Below, in pieces: positions 19,659 through 29,125 of a DNA stretch of 64,000 bases (positions within the stretch are counted from its first letter, which is position 1; every line of letters starts with the position of its first letter). The stretch is taken from positions 96,001 through 160,000 of IMG/VR virus record IMGVR_UViG_3300021256_000056. One strand, written 5' to 3'. Made by a program: the position numbers and the translations under genes. The DNA is from a virus (lineage: Duplodnaviria > Caudoviricetes). A model generated the notes under the pieces. The model saw nothing but the letters and a program-made list of their open reading frames with translations. It did not search any database and was not told where the DNA came from.

Positions 19659-21619
19659 TATCTTTCCTTAAATTGTACTGTTATATCTATTGTTGGGTTC
19701 TTAATTTCGAGCATTGCGTTACCTTCGCTGTATATGATACCGTCAGATGCTTCAAGGTCTATCTCTACCCTGTTACTCTCTACAACATCACTTCCTTCGC
19801 AAGAGGAAAGTTCCACTGTTGCTTGGGTGGTAACATCGGGCGAATAACCTTCGCCAAAATTGTTGTAAACCCTCATTTTAATGAAATTCACAACGCCGTC
19901 AACTTTGGATATTTCCTTCGCTATATCACCAACATAAACATCGTCACCCATTTGGTGCTTATTAATATCCATGTAAGATTTAATAACATTCTTAATGTTG
20001 GTAATTACATCGGACGCGTTATATTCCTTATCAATGATAACGTATGGCTCAAACTGCAGATTAATGATTCGTCCTGACTTAATCTCAACAAAATCATTTA
20101 TCATTCTGTAATTTGAAAGGTAGTCCTGAATATTCTCAATTAATGTTACTGGTAATGAAGAATCGAGGTTGCCATAGCAGTTTATGCCAAGAAGGTAGAG
20201 CATTACTTTGTTATTTTCTTCCGCAGCACCAGACCTGAACGGTGTACCATATTTTGCGGGCATTTGTGCTAGTCTACTTAAATAGTCTTTTACTGTAACA
20301 CACCTTTCTTGTGCTGCAACGCTATATTTCATAAGGAATTTTAGCTCATCAACCGTTGGCATATCTTTACCTGATACTGATTCCATTGTGCTTTCTACAC
20401 TAATCGAAGAGCGTACTCTTGATGCTATCGTGGCGGCGTTCTCATTGTTAGTATTAGGAGTTATTTCAACATTAAGATATGATATGCTATTAATCGCACC
20501 CTTTGCAACATTACTGGTTTTCCCGCCTCCAGACCTATAAAGAACAAACATGGTGCTATCCTCTGGTGGAAGATAACCGAGTGTCTCGTTCCTTAACATT
20601 TGCTGAATTTGATACTGCGCATATGGCATGGTTGCGGTACCGAAAGCATCTACCTCGCTCTCTATGCCTGGTCCAAATGTTATTTTTAAGTATCCGCGGT
20701 CAGTAAATTCAGTAATAAACTTATGCTTAACCTGTTTCCATTCCCCTTTGGTTACTGAATATGTTGGGATTACTGTGTCTTGGTTATAAATGTAGCCAAA
20801 TTGATGTACTTCTGGGGCGTCGTTCTCCACTACCTCACCCCATCTTTGCTGCTGTGACAAGGAATCAACCTCAAAAAATCGTGTAACGCCAGTATGTGTT
20901 GAAGATGTCTCCTCTGGAATATAAAACTCACTCATTTTGGGATTTGACTGGAAACCGCTACCTGGTTTTACAATAATAGACTCAATGTTCATTACGTTTT
21001 CTATTGGCAGGAGTACTTCCATAAATGGGGTAATGTCTCTGGCGGAAAGATATTTCTTAAAGATATTGGTTTCGCCAGCGATTACAACTGCAATCTTTGT
21101 TATGGTGTAAGATAGGGGTCTCCTATTTGAATCTCTATTAAGTTGAATAAACCTATCACTTACCCCGTTTGTGTTAAATTGCTTTTTAAAATCAAGGTCT
21201 TCCATTAATTCGAAAGCCTGGGAGCCTGATGATACCTTCGTACCCTTTTTGATTAATGGGGCATACTGCCAATCTGGCTCATTTGTGGTTGTATCGTTAC
21301 TGGTTAAAGGTAAAATGCACTTGAATGCAACTTCGCACATGGCTCCCTTGGGGCCTGGTACTTTATATCCAAGATTTCTAGCAATGGTGAAAACGGAACT
21401 TGCTTTCTTTGCACTATCGATATTAGTTTCTTGATATACGCGGTCAATATGGTAGCTGAGTTCATCAGCAACCGCGGCGTTTAAATCTATAAACCAAGAA
21501 CCAACTGATGCGTCCTCGTAGTTAAAGGACATATCTGGATAATAGGTTTTAGATAGTTCTACAAGGGCGTTTCTATAGTCGTCGTAATTTCTATTTAAAT
21601 ATGATATTTTCTTCTCCAT
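19658..21619 (-). CDS. Baseplate wedge subunit (T4 gp6 / baseplate J-like)
   Basis: ISYLNRNYDDYRNALVELSKTYYP...DASVGSWFIDLNAAVADELSYHID...SVFTIARNLGYK; ITFGPG; YRSGGG..SNV; AQERCVTVKDY. Confidence 0.9.
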   Translation of the reverse strand: MEKKISYLNRNYDDYRNALVELSKTYYPDMSFNYEDASVGSWFIDLNAAVADELSYHIDRVYQETNIDSAKKASSVFTIARNLGYKVPGPKGAMCEVAFKCILPLTSNDTTTNEPDWQYAPLIKKGTKVSSGSQAFELMEDLDFKKQFNTNGVSDRFIQLNRDSNRRPLSYTITKIAVVIAGETNIFKKYLSARDITPFMEVLLPIENVMNIESIIVKPGSGFQSNPKMSEFYIPEETSSTHTGVTRFFEVDSLSQQQRWGEVVENDAPEVHQFGYIYNQDTVIPTYSVTKGEWKQVKHKFITEFTDRGYLKITFGPGIESEVDAFGTATMPYAQYQIQQMLRNETLGYLPPEDSTMFVLYRSGGGKTSNVAKGAINSISYLNVEITPNTNNENAATIASRVRSSISVESTMESVSGKDMPTVDELKFLMKYSVAAQERCVTVKDYLSRLAQMPAKYGTPFRSGAAEENNKVMLYLLGINCYGNLDSSLPVTLIENIQDYLSNYRMINDFVEIKSGRIINLQFEPYVIIDKEYNASDVITNIKNVIKSYMDINKHQMGDDVYVGDIAKEISKVDGVVNFIKMRVYNNFGEGYSPDVTTQATVELSSCEGSDVVESNRVEIDLEASDGIIYSEGNAMLEIKNPTIDITVQFKER

Positions 21620-21627
21620 GCTGATTC

Positions 21628-22014
21628 TTATAGTTTTATTGCAACATTATTCTGTATTTCGCTTAGGCCTTTCTTTACGGTATAGAGCACACTCACTATT
21701 TTAGAGTGACTATCTTCATCTTCTAATATTTGAATGTCATCTAAATTAACGTTTGGAATTCTTGATTTAATGCTAGTTCTAATCTCTGTTTTAATGCCCT
21801 CAAAGGTTTGACTATCGCTAGGATTAAATATGAATCGTACTAAATCGCTGCCGAACTCAGGGTCGCGAATGCGCTGTTTTTTGGGTGTGAAAATAATATG
21901 AAGGATTTGTGATTGTATGGAATCCTCGTAAGTCTCATTGAGGTCCACATAAACCAAATCCTCATTATCATAAGTAAAGGGGTATTTTATACCGTAATTT
22001 TGTGTCTTGGCCAT
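21628..22014 (-). CDS. Baseplate wedge subunit (T4 gp25 / GPW-like)
   Basis: GIKYPF...IQSQILHIIFTPKKQRIRDPEFGSDLVRFIFNP, typical of the gp25 family; directly precedes the gp6-like gene. Confidence 0.9.
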   Translation of the reverse strand: MAKTQNYGIKYPFTYDNEDLVYVDLNETYEDSIQSQILHIIFTPKKQRIRDPEFGSDLVRFIFNPSDSQTFEGIKTEIRTSIKSRIPNVNLDDIQILEDEDSHSKIVSVLYTVKKGLSEIQNNVAIKL

Positions 22015-22032
22015 AATTTCATTTAATTACCA

Positions 22033-22040
22033 ATAAATAG
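22033..22040 (-). promoter_or_regulatory. Putative late promoter CTATTTAT (baseplate operon)
   Basis: About 18 nt upstream of the gp25-like ATG; motif recurs before structural genes. Confidence 0.6.
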
Positions 22041-22054
22041 TTTCCTGTGTATTT

Positions 22055-22942
22055 TTAAAAATGCTTTCCAACCCAATACATTTTATTATCAATGGAATCC
22101 TTGGAAACTTTAATACCCGTCATTTCTTCAATAAGTTTTAGCTTTTCAGGCGTTTTTTTATTATATCTGAAATAGCGCTCCGCCATATCTTTTTTTTCTT
22201 CAGCGTTCCTTGGGGTGTAATCGGGGAATCCCCTTTGAATTTTCTCGCAGTATTCTTCGGTGCTTTTTGTCGTATAGTGTTTTAGGTATGCCATTGAGAA
22301 GTCATATTTCGCAAACGGAGACACACTATTGGGAAGCTCTCTACCAATACTATCGCAACAGGCTAAGATTGTGGAAGGTGTATGTGAGTTTTTGGTCCAC
22401 TTTATCTCAATATCATCAATATAACCCCTTATGACGCTTTTAATATGGTTATTTTCGCCGAAACTAAACTTAACAATAAAATTGTAGGGCGTGACGGGCT
22501 TCTTGAATCTTTCTTGAACGGGCTTATCCTCATACCTAAGGCAATCCCCGTCACCATAACACATCCAATTGATGTGCACCATATCATAATCTTCGAACCT
22601 CGCGTCCGAGAAATATGTGGGGATGTCCATCCTTTTATTCCTAAACTCTAGAAATTCATCGCAATCAAAGAATGCAATCCAGTCATATTGGTCCTTATAG
22701 GTATTATAACACTCTTCATACGATTCCCACTGGCAATATCTTTTACCTCGATAATTTTTTAATATGACAAACCCTTCATCAATGTAATCTCCGATAACAT
22801 CCTCAAAGTGCTCTCCGTCAATATCATTATTATCAAAAAGACAGATATTGGCCGCGTTAAGCTTCTTATAATGCTCAACATATTCCCTTATATAGCGATT
22901 TTCGTTTTTGCCGATACAGCATATTAAAACTTTGGTGTCCAT
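22055..22942 (-). CDS. Glycosyltransferase (GT-A fold, GT92 / Glyco_tranf_2_4-like)
   Basis: CCIGKNENRYIREYVEHY...LFDNND...DWIAFFDCDEF (DxD)...KSVIR...LKHYTTKSTEEY. Confidence 0.85.
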   Translation of the reverse strand: MDTKVLICCIGKNENRYIREYVEHYKKLNAANICLFDNNDIDGEHFEDVIGDYIDEGFVILKNYRGKRYCQWESYEECYNTYKDQYDWIAFFDCDEFLEFRNKRMDIPTYFSDARFEDYDMVHINWMCYGDGDCLRYEDKPVQERFKKPVTPYNFIVKFSFGENNHIKSVIRGYIDDIEIKWTKNSHTPSTILACCDSIGRELPNSVSPFAKYDFSMAYLKHYTTKSTEEYCEKIQRGFPDYTPRNAEEKKDMAERYFRYNKKTPEKLKLIEEMTGIKVSKDSIDNKMYWVGKHF

Positions 22943-22991
22943 AATGATAGTACTTTTTAAAAAAGTACCCTGATAGTACTTAAAAGTAAAT

Positions 22992-23019
22992 AAAAAGCCA
23001 AGGCTTCTCTTCCTTGGCT
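22992..23019 (-). terminator. Intrinsic terminator after the GT2-DUF616 gene
   Basis: AGCCAAGG-N8-CCTTGGCT hairpin followed by a U-tract on the minus strand. Confidence 0.7.
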
Positions 23020-24508
23020 ACATCATTATTCCATTCCAACGTTTTATTTTAGCGCGGCTACTTGTAATATTTCTAATTATTGGCTTGTCTTGTGCTATGG
23101 GCTTTTTTTCTTTCTTAACTATTGGCGCTTTGTGGCCTGCGGACCAATAAAAAGTTTCACATTTGAATATGCTGGAACTTAAGAAATTAACCTTTGCGTT
23201 TGGTATTTTCCAAAGAACATAATTGAATGATATCTGGTCCCTGTGGCTCTTTACTTCAATCTCTCTCCACCACATTTCGTCTATTTTTTTACATTCGGGG
23301 TCATTATGGTATCTCAAAAGAATACCTGTTTGTACCATTCCGTTATGTTCTGGATATCCTTCTGCTTTATAACCTTCTACTTGTGGGCCCATTATTTCTT
23401 TTGTATCTTTTTTATAGCGTAAGCATGCCTCAAATTCGTCATAAACACAGTCTCTTTGTGGGTGGAGCCCTACCGAGAATACGCCTCTTTCCTTTGGACA
23501 ATTCTCTTCCACATAAAATTCGACGCTTCCCCTTAGTTCAACATTGGCATCAACCCATACTGAAAATTCGTAATCAGGTAAATATAAATGGGGATTAACC
23601 TTTATTTTCCGTTGTTTCTTGACTTGGCTAAGTCCTTCTGTATCTTTAGGTAATGGTCTTATCTCCCAGAAATTACTTGTTATATCCTGGTCGGTAAAAC
23701 AAATGTAGTCAAATTCTGGGTCTACAAACTTTGGTTCTTTTAGTGTGTCGTAATTACCACTGATACATGTATAAATAACCTTTTTCTTGGGGCTATCCCA
23801 TGCCCTTCTAAATTGTGTAAGCCATGCGTCTTCATTTTTATAAGCCCCAAATTTCCTATTTGCTAAATCATTCCAACTACCACCCTTAAAATGTGTGATA
23901 TAATCCTTACACCTTATTCTTTTGTATTTGTATTTAGATGCGTTAATAAAGAACGCGGCGCCAGTATCATATTCGTCACATTTTGGGTTTTTTGCAGTAT
24001 TTCTCAGACCGTGCATATATGCATCGTCGAAATAATGGATACCCTTCTCTTTACAGAGCTTGCTGTTAATGTAGCATATAAAAGGTAAAACTCGCTCATG
24101 TCTTGCTGGATATGCTTGCATTTCCACTTCCCCAACAAACACACAGCTTTCATCTACAATGTCACTAAAATCTTTAAGCACTAAAATATCACTGTCCATC
24201 AAAATAAATCCATTAGGAAAAAGCTCCATGCATTTTTCAATGGTATAACAATGTTTTGCACTTCCCCATGCATTTACCTTTGCACTAGACTTTAAACTGT
24301 TGGGATATTTTTTGAGCCATTCATCGAAATTGATTATCTGCCCCTTTGTGTTATCGATAATTTTTACATTTTTAAAATTACTCTTAAACGGCTCCTTGTC
24401 GCTGTTGTCAAAAACATAAATATCACACCCAGGAGTATGCTTGTTTATACTCCTTATGGCATAATCAGTTAATTTTTGCGTATTATAATTTACTATACAA
24501 ATATCCAT
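23018..24508 (-). CDS. Two-domain glycosyltransferase: GT2-like + DUF616-like
   Basis: N-terminal DICIVNYNT..VFDNSD..ILMDSD; C-terminal KKVIYTCISGNYDTL..DYICFTD..SVWVDAN..HPQRDCVYDE..RDQISFNY. ATG at 24508 (track start TTG 24511). Confidence 0.85.
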   Translation of the reverse strand: MDICIVNYNTQKLTDYAIRSINKHTPGCDIYVFDNSDKEPFKSNFKNVKIIDNTKGQIINFDEWLKKYPNSLKSSAKVNAWGSAKHCYTIEKCMELFPNGFILMDSDILVLKDFSDIVDESCVFVGEVEMQAYPARHERVLPFICYINSKLCKEKGIHYFDDAYMHGLRNTAKNPKCDEYDTGAAFFINASKYKYKRIRCKDYITHFKGGSWNDLANRKFGAYKNEDAWLTQFRRAWDSPKKKVIYTCISGNYDTLKEPKFVDPEFDYICFTDQDITSNFWEIRPLPKDTEGLSQVKKQRKIKVNPHLYLPDYEFSVWVDANVELRGSVEFYVEENCPKERGVFSVGLHPQRDCVYDEFEACLRYKKDTKEIMGPQVEGYKAEGYPEHNGMVQTGILLRYHNDPECKKIDEMWWREIEVKSHRDQISFNYVLWKIPNAKVNFLSSSIFKCETFYWSAGHKAPIVKKEKKPIAQDKPIIRNITSSRAKIKRWNGIMM

Positions 24509-24513
24509 CAAAA

Positions 24514-24521
24514 ATAAATAG
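24514..24521 (-). promoter_or_regulatory. Putative late promoter CTATTTAT (glycosyltransferase)
   Basis: 5 nt upstream of ATG 24508, just after the nrdG terminator. Confidence 0.55.
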
Positions 24522-24531
24522 TTTGGGTAAT

Positions 24532-24555
24532 AAAAAAGGTGGTATTAACCACCTT
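24532..24555 (-). terminator. Intrinsic terminator after nrdG
   Basis: AAGGTGGT-N4-ACCACCTT plus U-tract. Confidence 0.75.
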
Positions 24556-24559
24556 AGAA

Positions 24560-25078
24560 CTACATTTTAGATTTTTTCCAAAAACTGGAAGTTATATCCG
24601 TCCAGGTCTTCCTTAATTTTCCGTCTACAACTATTGCCCAAGAATAGTACTTTCCGCCCATGTATAGCCTCTGGTTCGTTGTTTCTTTGTTTAACGGACC
24701 AAACTCTGACCTGTATGGCCCAATCTTTAGATAATTTAAGTTGTCCCAGAAGAAATCGTCGTCAATGTGCTCTCTTCCCGAATATAGGCCAATTTTTATT
24801 TGTGGGTACTTCTCGGAGATGTATTTTATCCTGTTTTTCAATGTTTCCTCGTCATTTCCTTCGCCCATAAAGCAAAAACAAGTAATCCCTTCATTTTTTG
24901 CTATAAGCTCGTCTATGGCCTTTTCTGTGAGTTCTTCGCCAATATTTTGTTTGAGGTAAGCAGAGTGGCAACCAACACAATTATTCTGGCAGTTACTTAT
25001 ATTTACTGCCAGAGTAATTTCGTTGGGTATTTCTTCAAAGACAATAGACGTATCCTTGGGTATATACTTTAACGCCAT
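24560..25078 (-). CDS. nrdG: Anaerobic ribonucleotide reductase activase (radical SAM)
   Basis: CQNNCVGC CxxxCxxC motif, FMGEG, KIGPY...TTNQRLY; TAATG-coupled to nrdD. Confidence 0.95.
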   Translation of the reverse strand: MALKYIPKDTSIVFEEIPNEITLAVNISNCQNNCVGCHSAYLKQNIGEELTEKAIDELIAKNEGITCFCFMGEGNDEETLKNRIKYISEKYPQIKIGLYSGREHIDDDFFWDNLNYLKIGPYRSEFGPLNKETTNQRLYMGGKYYSWAIVVDGKLRKTWTDITSSFWKKSKM

Positions 25079-27258
25079 TAAATATTCTCTTTTGTATAAT
25101 ATCTCATGTGCTCTTCTTCCTGCCTTGGTTCGCTAAATGACGAGACCTTTTTAAGGTACCCAATAATACGTGTCAAGTAAGAAAGGTTTTTGCTGCCACA
25201 CCTTGGGCACGTGTCGAGAGTATGTTTGCTAATATAGCCACAATCTTCACAGCAAGTATTCTTTACATTGAAGGTAAAATAATTTGTTCCAAGCTTCGCG
25301 GCCATCTTAAGGATTTGGCGGTATTGTTCCTTAGATAAATGTTCATTTAAATTCATATGTAGAGCTGAACCTCCATCAAGATATTTAACAAACTCTTTTC
25401 CGTGAAGTTTAAACTTATCAATGATTGATAGGCTGTCGTCTTCTGGATTATAGAAATATGAGCTATACATTATATGCTTAGGTGAAACGTAATAGCCGTC
25501 TTTCTTGTCCCAGTTGTGGTGCTTTACTGCCAAATTTTCTGCGGGCACAAACTCGGTATTGAACATGCATTCCCTTGTCTTGTCTTTCTTGTTGCAAATA
25601 TTGATTGTTTCAAGAACGACATTCACAAAGTCTTCGTATTCACTATTCGGCGTGGCTTCCATCCCTAAGAACTCAGCGGCATCGGTGATTCCGTTTACTC
25701 CTACTGTGAGATACTGTTTCTTCATGTCAATAAAACCAGCGGAGTAAACCGTTAACATATTGGCATTGTAAAAGTCCTTTATAATTGCGTTGAAAGATGT
25801 AAGATATTTATGTACACGCTCGGTAACTTCGGTAAGATACTCCTTTATGTATGCATATACCTCTTCTTTTTTGACATTCTTCTTGAGTTTTTCTCCTCTC
25901 TTATATTCAATACCCTTATCCTCGTAGAATTTAAAGGTTGCGTCTTGAATTGCCCTGTTGAGGTCGATGGTCATGACACATTTTGAACCTGTTGCAACAG
26001 ATGCGGTTCCCATTGAGAACTGGTGTGTTGTGTGATTGTGTTCCTCGTCGGCGGAATCCTTGAGGGAATTACGTAAACGGCAGCAACTTGAAAGGCTATC
26101 AGGGCTGTCAGATAAGTAGCAGAAGAAACTATGCCCTTCGGCCCACATCTCAGCGGTAAAATCTGCGTAATCCTTATCAACAAAGTCGTCGTTACCATCG
26201 GTAAGCATTGCCATAGTTTCGACAGGGAAGGTGAGAACGTATCTTTCCCTTTCTTTGTTAAACCACTTCATGAATTTCTTTTGAAGCCATGAAAGTGTTT
26301 CCCATACGGGTTTTGTCCCATCTGGGAATACGAAATCTCCAAAAACCCCTTCGAAATACGGTTTATCAAAATAAGAAATATTCCAAAAGACTGTTTGGTA
26401 TCCGCGGTTACCAGCAGGCATATTCATTGAATGTACTACCTGCTGAAAACTATTTTCTATTACCTGTTCGAGTGTTCTGCCCTTTCTGTTCAATTCCACC
26501 TTTTGACTTAGTTTTGTCAGATAGTCATCGCCGTAATCCTTACGAATAAAATAATCCATGTACATGAGAAATTCGGGCGTTGCGACGGCTCCCATAAATT
26601 GGGATGAAACAGAATAGACCAAGTTGATGAATTCTCCACAGAATGACTTTAGGTCGGTCGGGGCAACGGAAATCCCTCCTAATTTCTGAAGGCCATCCGT
26701 TAAGAAGGGGTACATCGTTATAGCCACACAGTATGGATAGCCTGGAGTACCACTTTCGTCGTGACGATAAATAATGTGGTGTTCGAGGTCATATATATAC
26801 TGGTCAGCAAGTTTCTTACTATAAAGCTTCTTAATTTTATTGTGCATTATATAGCGATTCTGCTGAATGTTTTCACCCTTGTGAATTTCCTGGCCTAAGG
26901 TGACAATGTTTTTATTAGAAACATTGGCATTGGCATCATATTTAGAACCAGTGGCAGCATTCGATGCATCTATATAATTCTGAACAAAGTCATTATTCTT
27001 TTTAAGAAAATTCTGGTCGTTTGCTTTGTCGAGATATTTTCTGGCGACCTTTTTGTTGATTGACATTAGGGCTTCTGAAACCTGTCTCTCTATCTCGGAT
27101 GTCGATATGTTGTCATATATATACAACCCATCCGCTATTGCGTTTAAAATGGTTTCATTGCATTCACAGTCCGCAGACTTGTATGCTTCGCAAATACTAT
27201 TTTTAACTTTTTCCTTATCAAACTCCTCGTAGGAGCCGCTACTTTTCTTTACAATCAT
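25078..27258 (-). CDS. nrdD: Class III anaerobic ribonucleoside-triphosphate reductase
   Basis: N-terminal ATP-cone (MIVKKSSGSYEEFDKEKV), YPYCVA, LTFPVET, LSSCCRL, EFVPAE, Zn ribbon CEDC/CPRC, glycyl-radical loop TRIIGYL. Confidence 0.95.
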   Translation of the reverse strand: MIVKKSSGSYEEFDKEKVKNSICEAYKSADCECNETILNAIADGLYIYDNISTSEIERQVSEALMSINKKVARKYLDKANDQNFLKKNNDFVQNYIDASNAATGSKYDANANVSNKNIVTLGQEIHKGENIQQNRYIMHNKIKKLYSKKLADQYIYDLEHHIIYRHDESGTPGYPYCVAITMYPFLTDGLQKLGGISVAPTDLKSFCGEFINLVYSVSSQFMGAVATPEFLMYMDYFIRKDYGDDYLTKLSQKVELNRKGRTLEQVIENSFQQVVHSMNMPAGNRGYQTVFWNISYFDKPYFEGVFGDFVFPDGTKPVWETLSWLQKKFMKWFNKERERYVLTFPVETMAMLTDGNDDFVDKDYADFTAEMWAEGHSFFCYLSDSPDSLSSCCRLRNSLKDSADEEHNHTTHQFSMGTASVATGSKCVMTIDLNRAIQDATFKFYEDKGIEYKRGEKLKKNVKKEEVYAYIKEYLTEVTERVHKYLTSFNAIIKDFYNANMLTVYSAGFIDMKKQYLTVGVNGITDAAEFLGMEATPNSEYEDFVNVVLETINICNKKDKTRECMFNTEFVPAENLAVKHHNWDKKDGYYVSPKHIMYSSYFYNPEDDSLSIIDKFKLHGKEFVKYLDGGSALHMNLNEHLSKEQYRQILKMAAKLGTNYFTFNVKNTCCEDCGYISKHTLDTCPRCGSKNLSYLTRIIGYLKKVSSFSEPRQEEEHMRYYTKENI

Positions 27259-27319
27259 CGGTTTCTTTTTTCTTATTTAAAACTGGAAATCCCCCCCCTA
27301 TACTCAACCCTAATTTATA

Positions 27320-27383
27320 TTGGGAAAATTTTCTTATTTTATAGTAATAATAAATACCCTTGACAATAAGAAAATCTTCCCAA
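27320..27383. repeat. 19-bp inverted repeat (1 mismatch) upstream of nrdD
   Basis: TTGGGAAAATTTTCTTATT ...26 nt... AATAAGAAAATCTTCCCAA; the loop contains GTATTTAT on the minus strand. Confidence 0.8.
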
Positions 27384-27400
27384 AATTCTAATAATTTTCC

Positions 27401-29125
27401 TTATGACATACCTAAGCTAATAAACTCGTCTTCTTGTATGCAAAGGTCCTGATTAAGTGTTTCAATTTCTTCAATTGGACTAGTAACTACCTGTGGCTTA
27501 GTCATTTCCAACTTAAACGTTGGCTCTGTTACTAGTTTTCTAATAACAACTGGTTCGGGTTTAGGGGTCTCTTCTGGAACACTCTCTTCGGACTTAACAG
27601 TCTCTTTTTCAAACTCTTTGTTTACAACAGGATTTTCTACTATTTTTTCTTCTTTGGGCGCCTCTTCCGTGGCAATATTTTCTGCCTTGCTTGCTCGTTT
27701 CTCGTCCCTTAGTTGCTTGGCATAACTATTCACGGTTGATTCATGTTCTTTTTGTACTGCGTCCTCATAAAGAAGTGCGTTGTTGAATACTTCAACTTCA
27801 TCGCAAGAAATTGTACACGTTCCGTTATTAAACTTAATATCCTTGAAAATATTTCCTGAGCCGCCCTGGCGATTCTTAAGCAGAGCAATTGTTGCTATAT
27901 TATTCTCTTGGTCTTCAATATCCCTTGCAATGGAAAGTATTACGTGGCCAATTTGAACCTTTGAGATGGAGCCACTAGACTGGTCGAGGGTGACGATTTC
28001 GCTACCCAAGCTTCCGCGTCCGCCTTGTGTCATAACCCAGAGTGCAATATTGAACTCCTCGGCAAGCACTTCAAGTTGGCGCATGGTATTTTCCTGGAGG
28101 TCCCATTTTGTTTCAGACCTATCCTTGCGAATCAACTTAAGACACTCAAAGTAATCAAGTATAACCATATCAGGGCGAAACCCTTTGTTGATAAGGCGCT
28201 TAATGTAAGATTTTATGTCTTCTACACATGCAGTATTGGTTTTGAACTTTTTAACAATAAGGTTTTCCTTAAAAAGTTCCTTCCCAGAAAATTCATCAAG
28301 TAATTGGCGAGCCTCTTCGATGTTGTCGGCCTTGTTAATATCCTTGGCATCAATTTGTGTGATTCTCGAAAAGTGTTTTTTTGCTAATGCTCGGGCATCG
28401 TCCTCAAAGCAAATCTGTACAACCTTCCAACCTTTATGTTCATTAAGGTCATTCGCACAGGTGGAAGCGTAACTTGCGACAGCAGTTGAATATGTGGTCT
28501 TACCGAATCCAGTAGGGCCAATAATTACACCTACGTGTCCCTTGTAGAGACCGCCATTAAGCTTATCATCAATATGCGAAATACCCGTGGCAATAGGAAT
28601 ATCTGAGTTTGGATGAAGTACCTCTTCCTCCAAATCATATGGGTTGAATCCAAGGTCATTTTCTTTCCCTACGTTTAAAGCGTCTTCCATCATTTTTTGA
28701 CACTCTTCGTAGTGGTCGAAATCTCCGTCTTGAGTCTTTTTGAGTATGTCATTCGCAACTTTAATCATGTTTTGCTGCATGAAAAATTTTGTTGCGGTCT
28801 CCTCTATTACGGTTGAACCCTCGGGGGATAACTCCTTTAGGTTTTTAACCAGCTCGTCCCATTCCTCTGCCTCGTTTTCAGTCCTTGCCTTCTGTTTAAG
28901 AAGTACAAGCATTGTTTCGTACGAGGGGATAATACTTGTCGAATAGTAATAGTCTTTAAGAACTCCCACAAATTGTTTTAGTAGGAGTTCTGTAAAAGTA
29001 TTTTGTTCAACAACTGAATATATGCTCTGGAAAAACTCGGGCTCTTCCATGAACTGCTTCACAAGCTTATATTGGAAATTTGGCCCAAGAAATCCGAGGT
29101 TTGTTTTATCGAGTGGTCTGTTCAT
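27401..29125 (-). CDS. Replicative DNA helicase (DnaB / T4 gp41-like)
   Basis: IATGISHIDDKLNGGL, Walker A GPTGFGKT, Walker B ILDY, TQG, KNRQG; acidic low-complexity C-terminal extension. Confidence 0.9.
   Translation of the reverse strand: MNRPLDKTNLGFLGPNFQYKLVKQFMEEPEFFQSIYSVVEQNTFTELLLKQFVGVLKDYYYSTSIIPSYETMLVLLKQKARTENEAEEWDELVKNLKELSPEGSTVIEETATKFFMQQNMIKVANDILKKTQDGDFDHYEECQKMMEDALNVGKENDLGFNPYDLEEEVLHPNSDIPIATGISHIDDKLNGGLYKGHVGVIIGPTGFGKTTYSTAVASYASTCANDLNEHKGWKVVQICFEDDARALAKKHFSRITQIDAKDINKADNIEEARQLLDEFSGKELFKENLIVKKFKTNTACVEDIKSYIKRLINKGFRPDMVILDYFECLKLIRKDRSETKWDLQENTMRQLEVLAEEFNIALWVMTQGGRGSLGSEIVTLDQSSGSISKVQIGHVILSIARDIEDQENNIATIALLKNRQGGSGNIFKDIKFNNGTCTISCDEVEVFNNALLYEDAVQKEHESTVNSYAKQLRDEKRASKAENIATEEAPKEEKIVENPVVNKEFEKETVKSEESVPEETPKPEPVVIRKLVTEPTFKLEMTKPQVVTSPIEEIETLNQDLCIQEDEFISLGMS

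Noticed and set aside
27305-27325. NrdR box upstream of nrdD
   Set aside because: CCCTAATTTATATTGGG is only loosely palindromic and does not fit the acaCwAtATaTwGtgt consensus.
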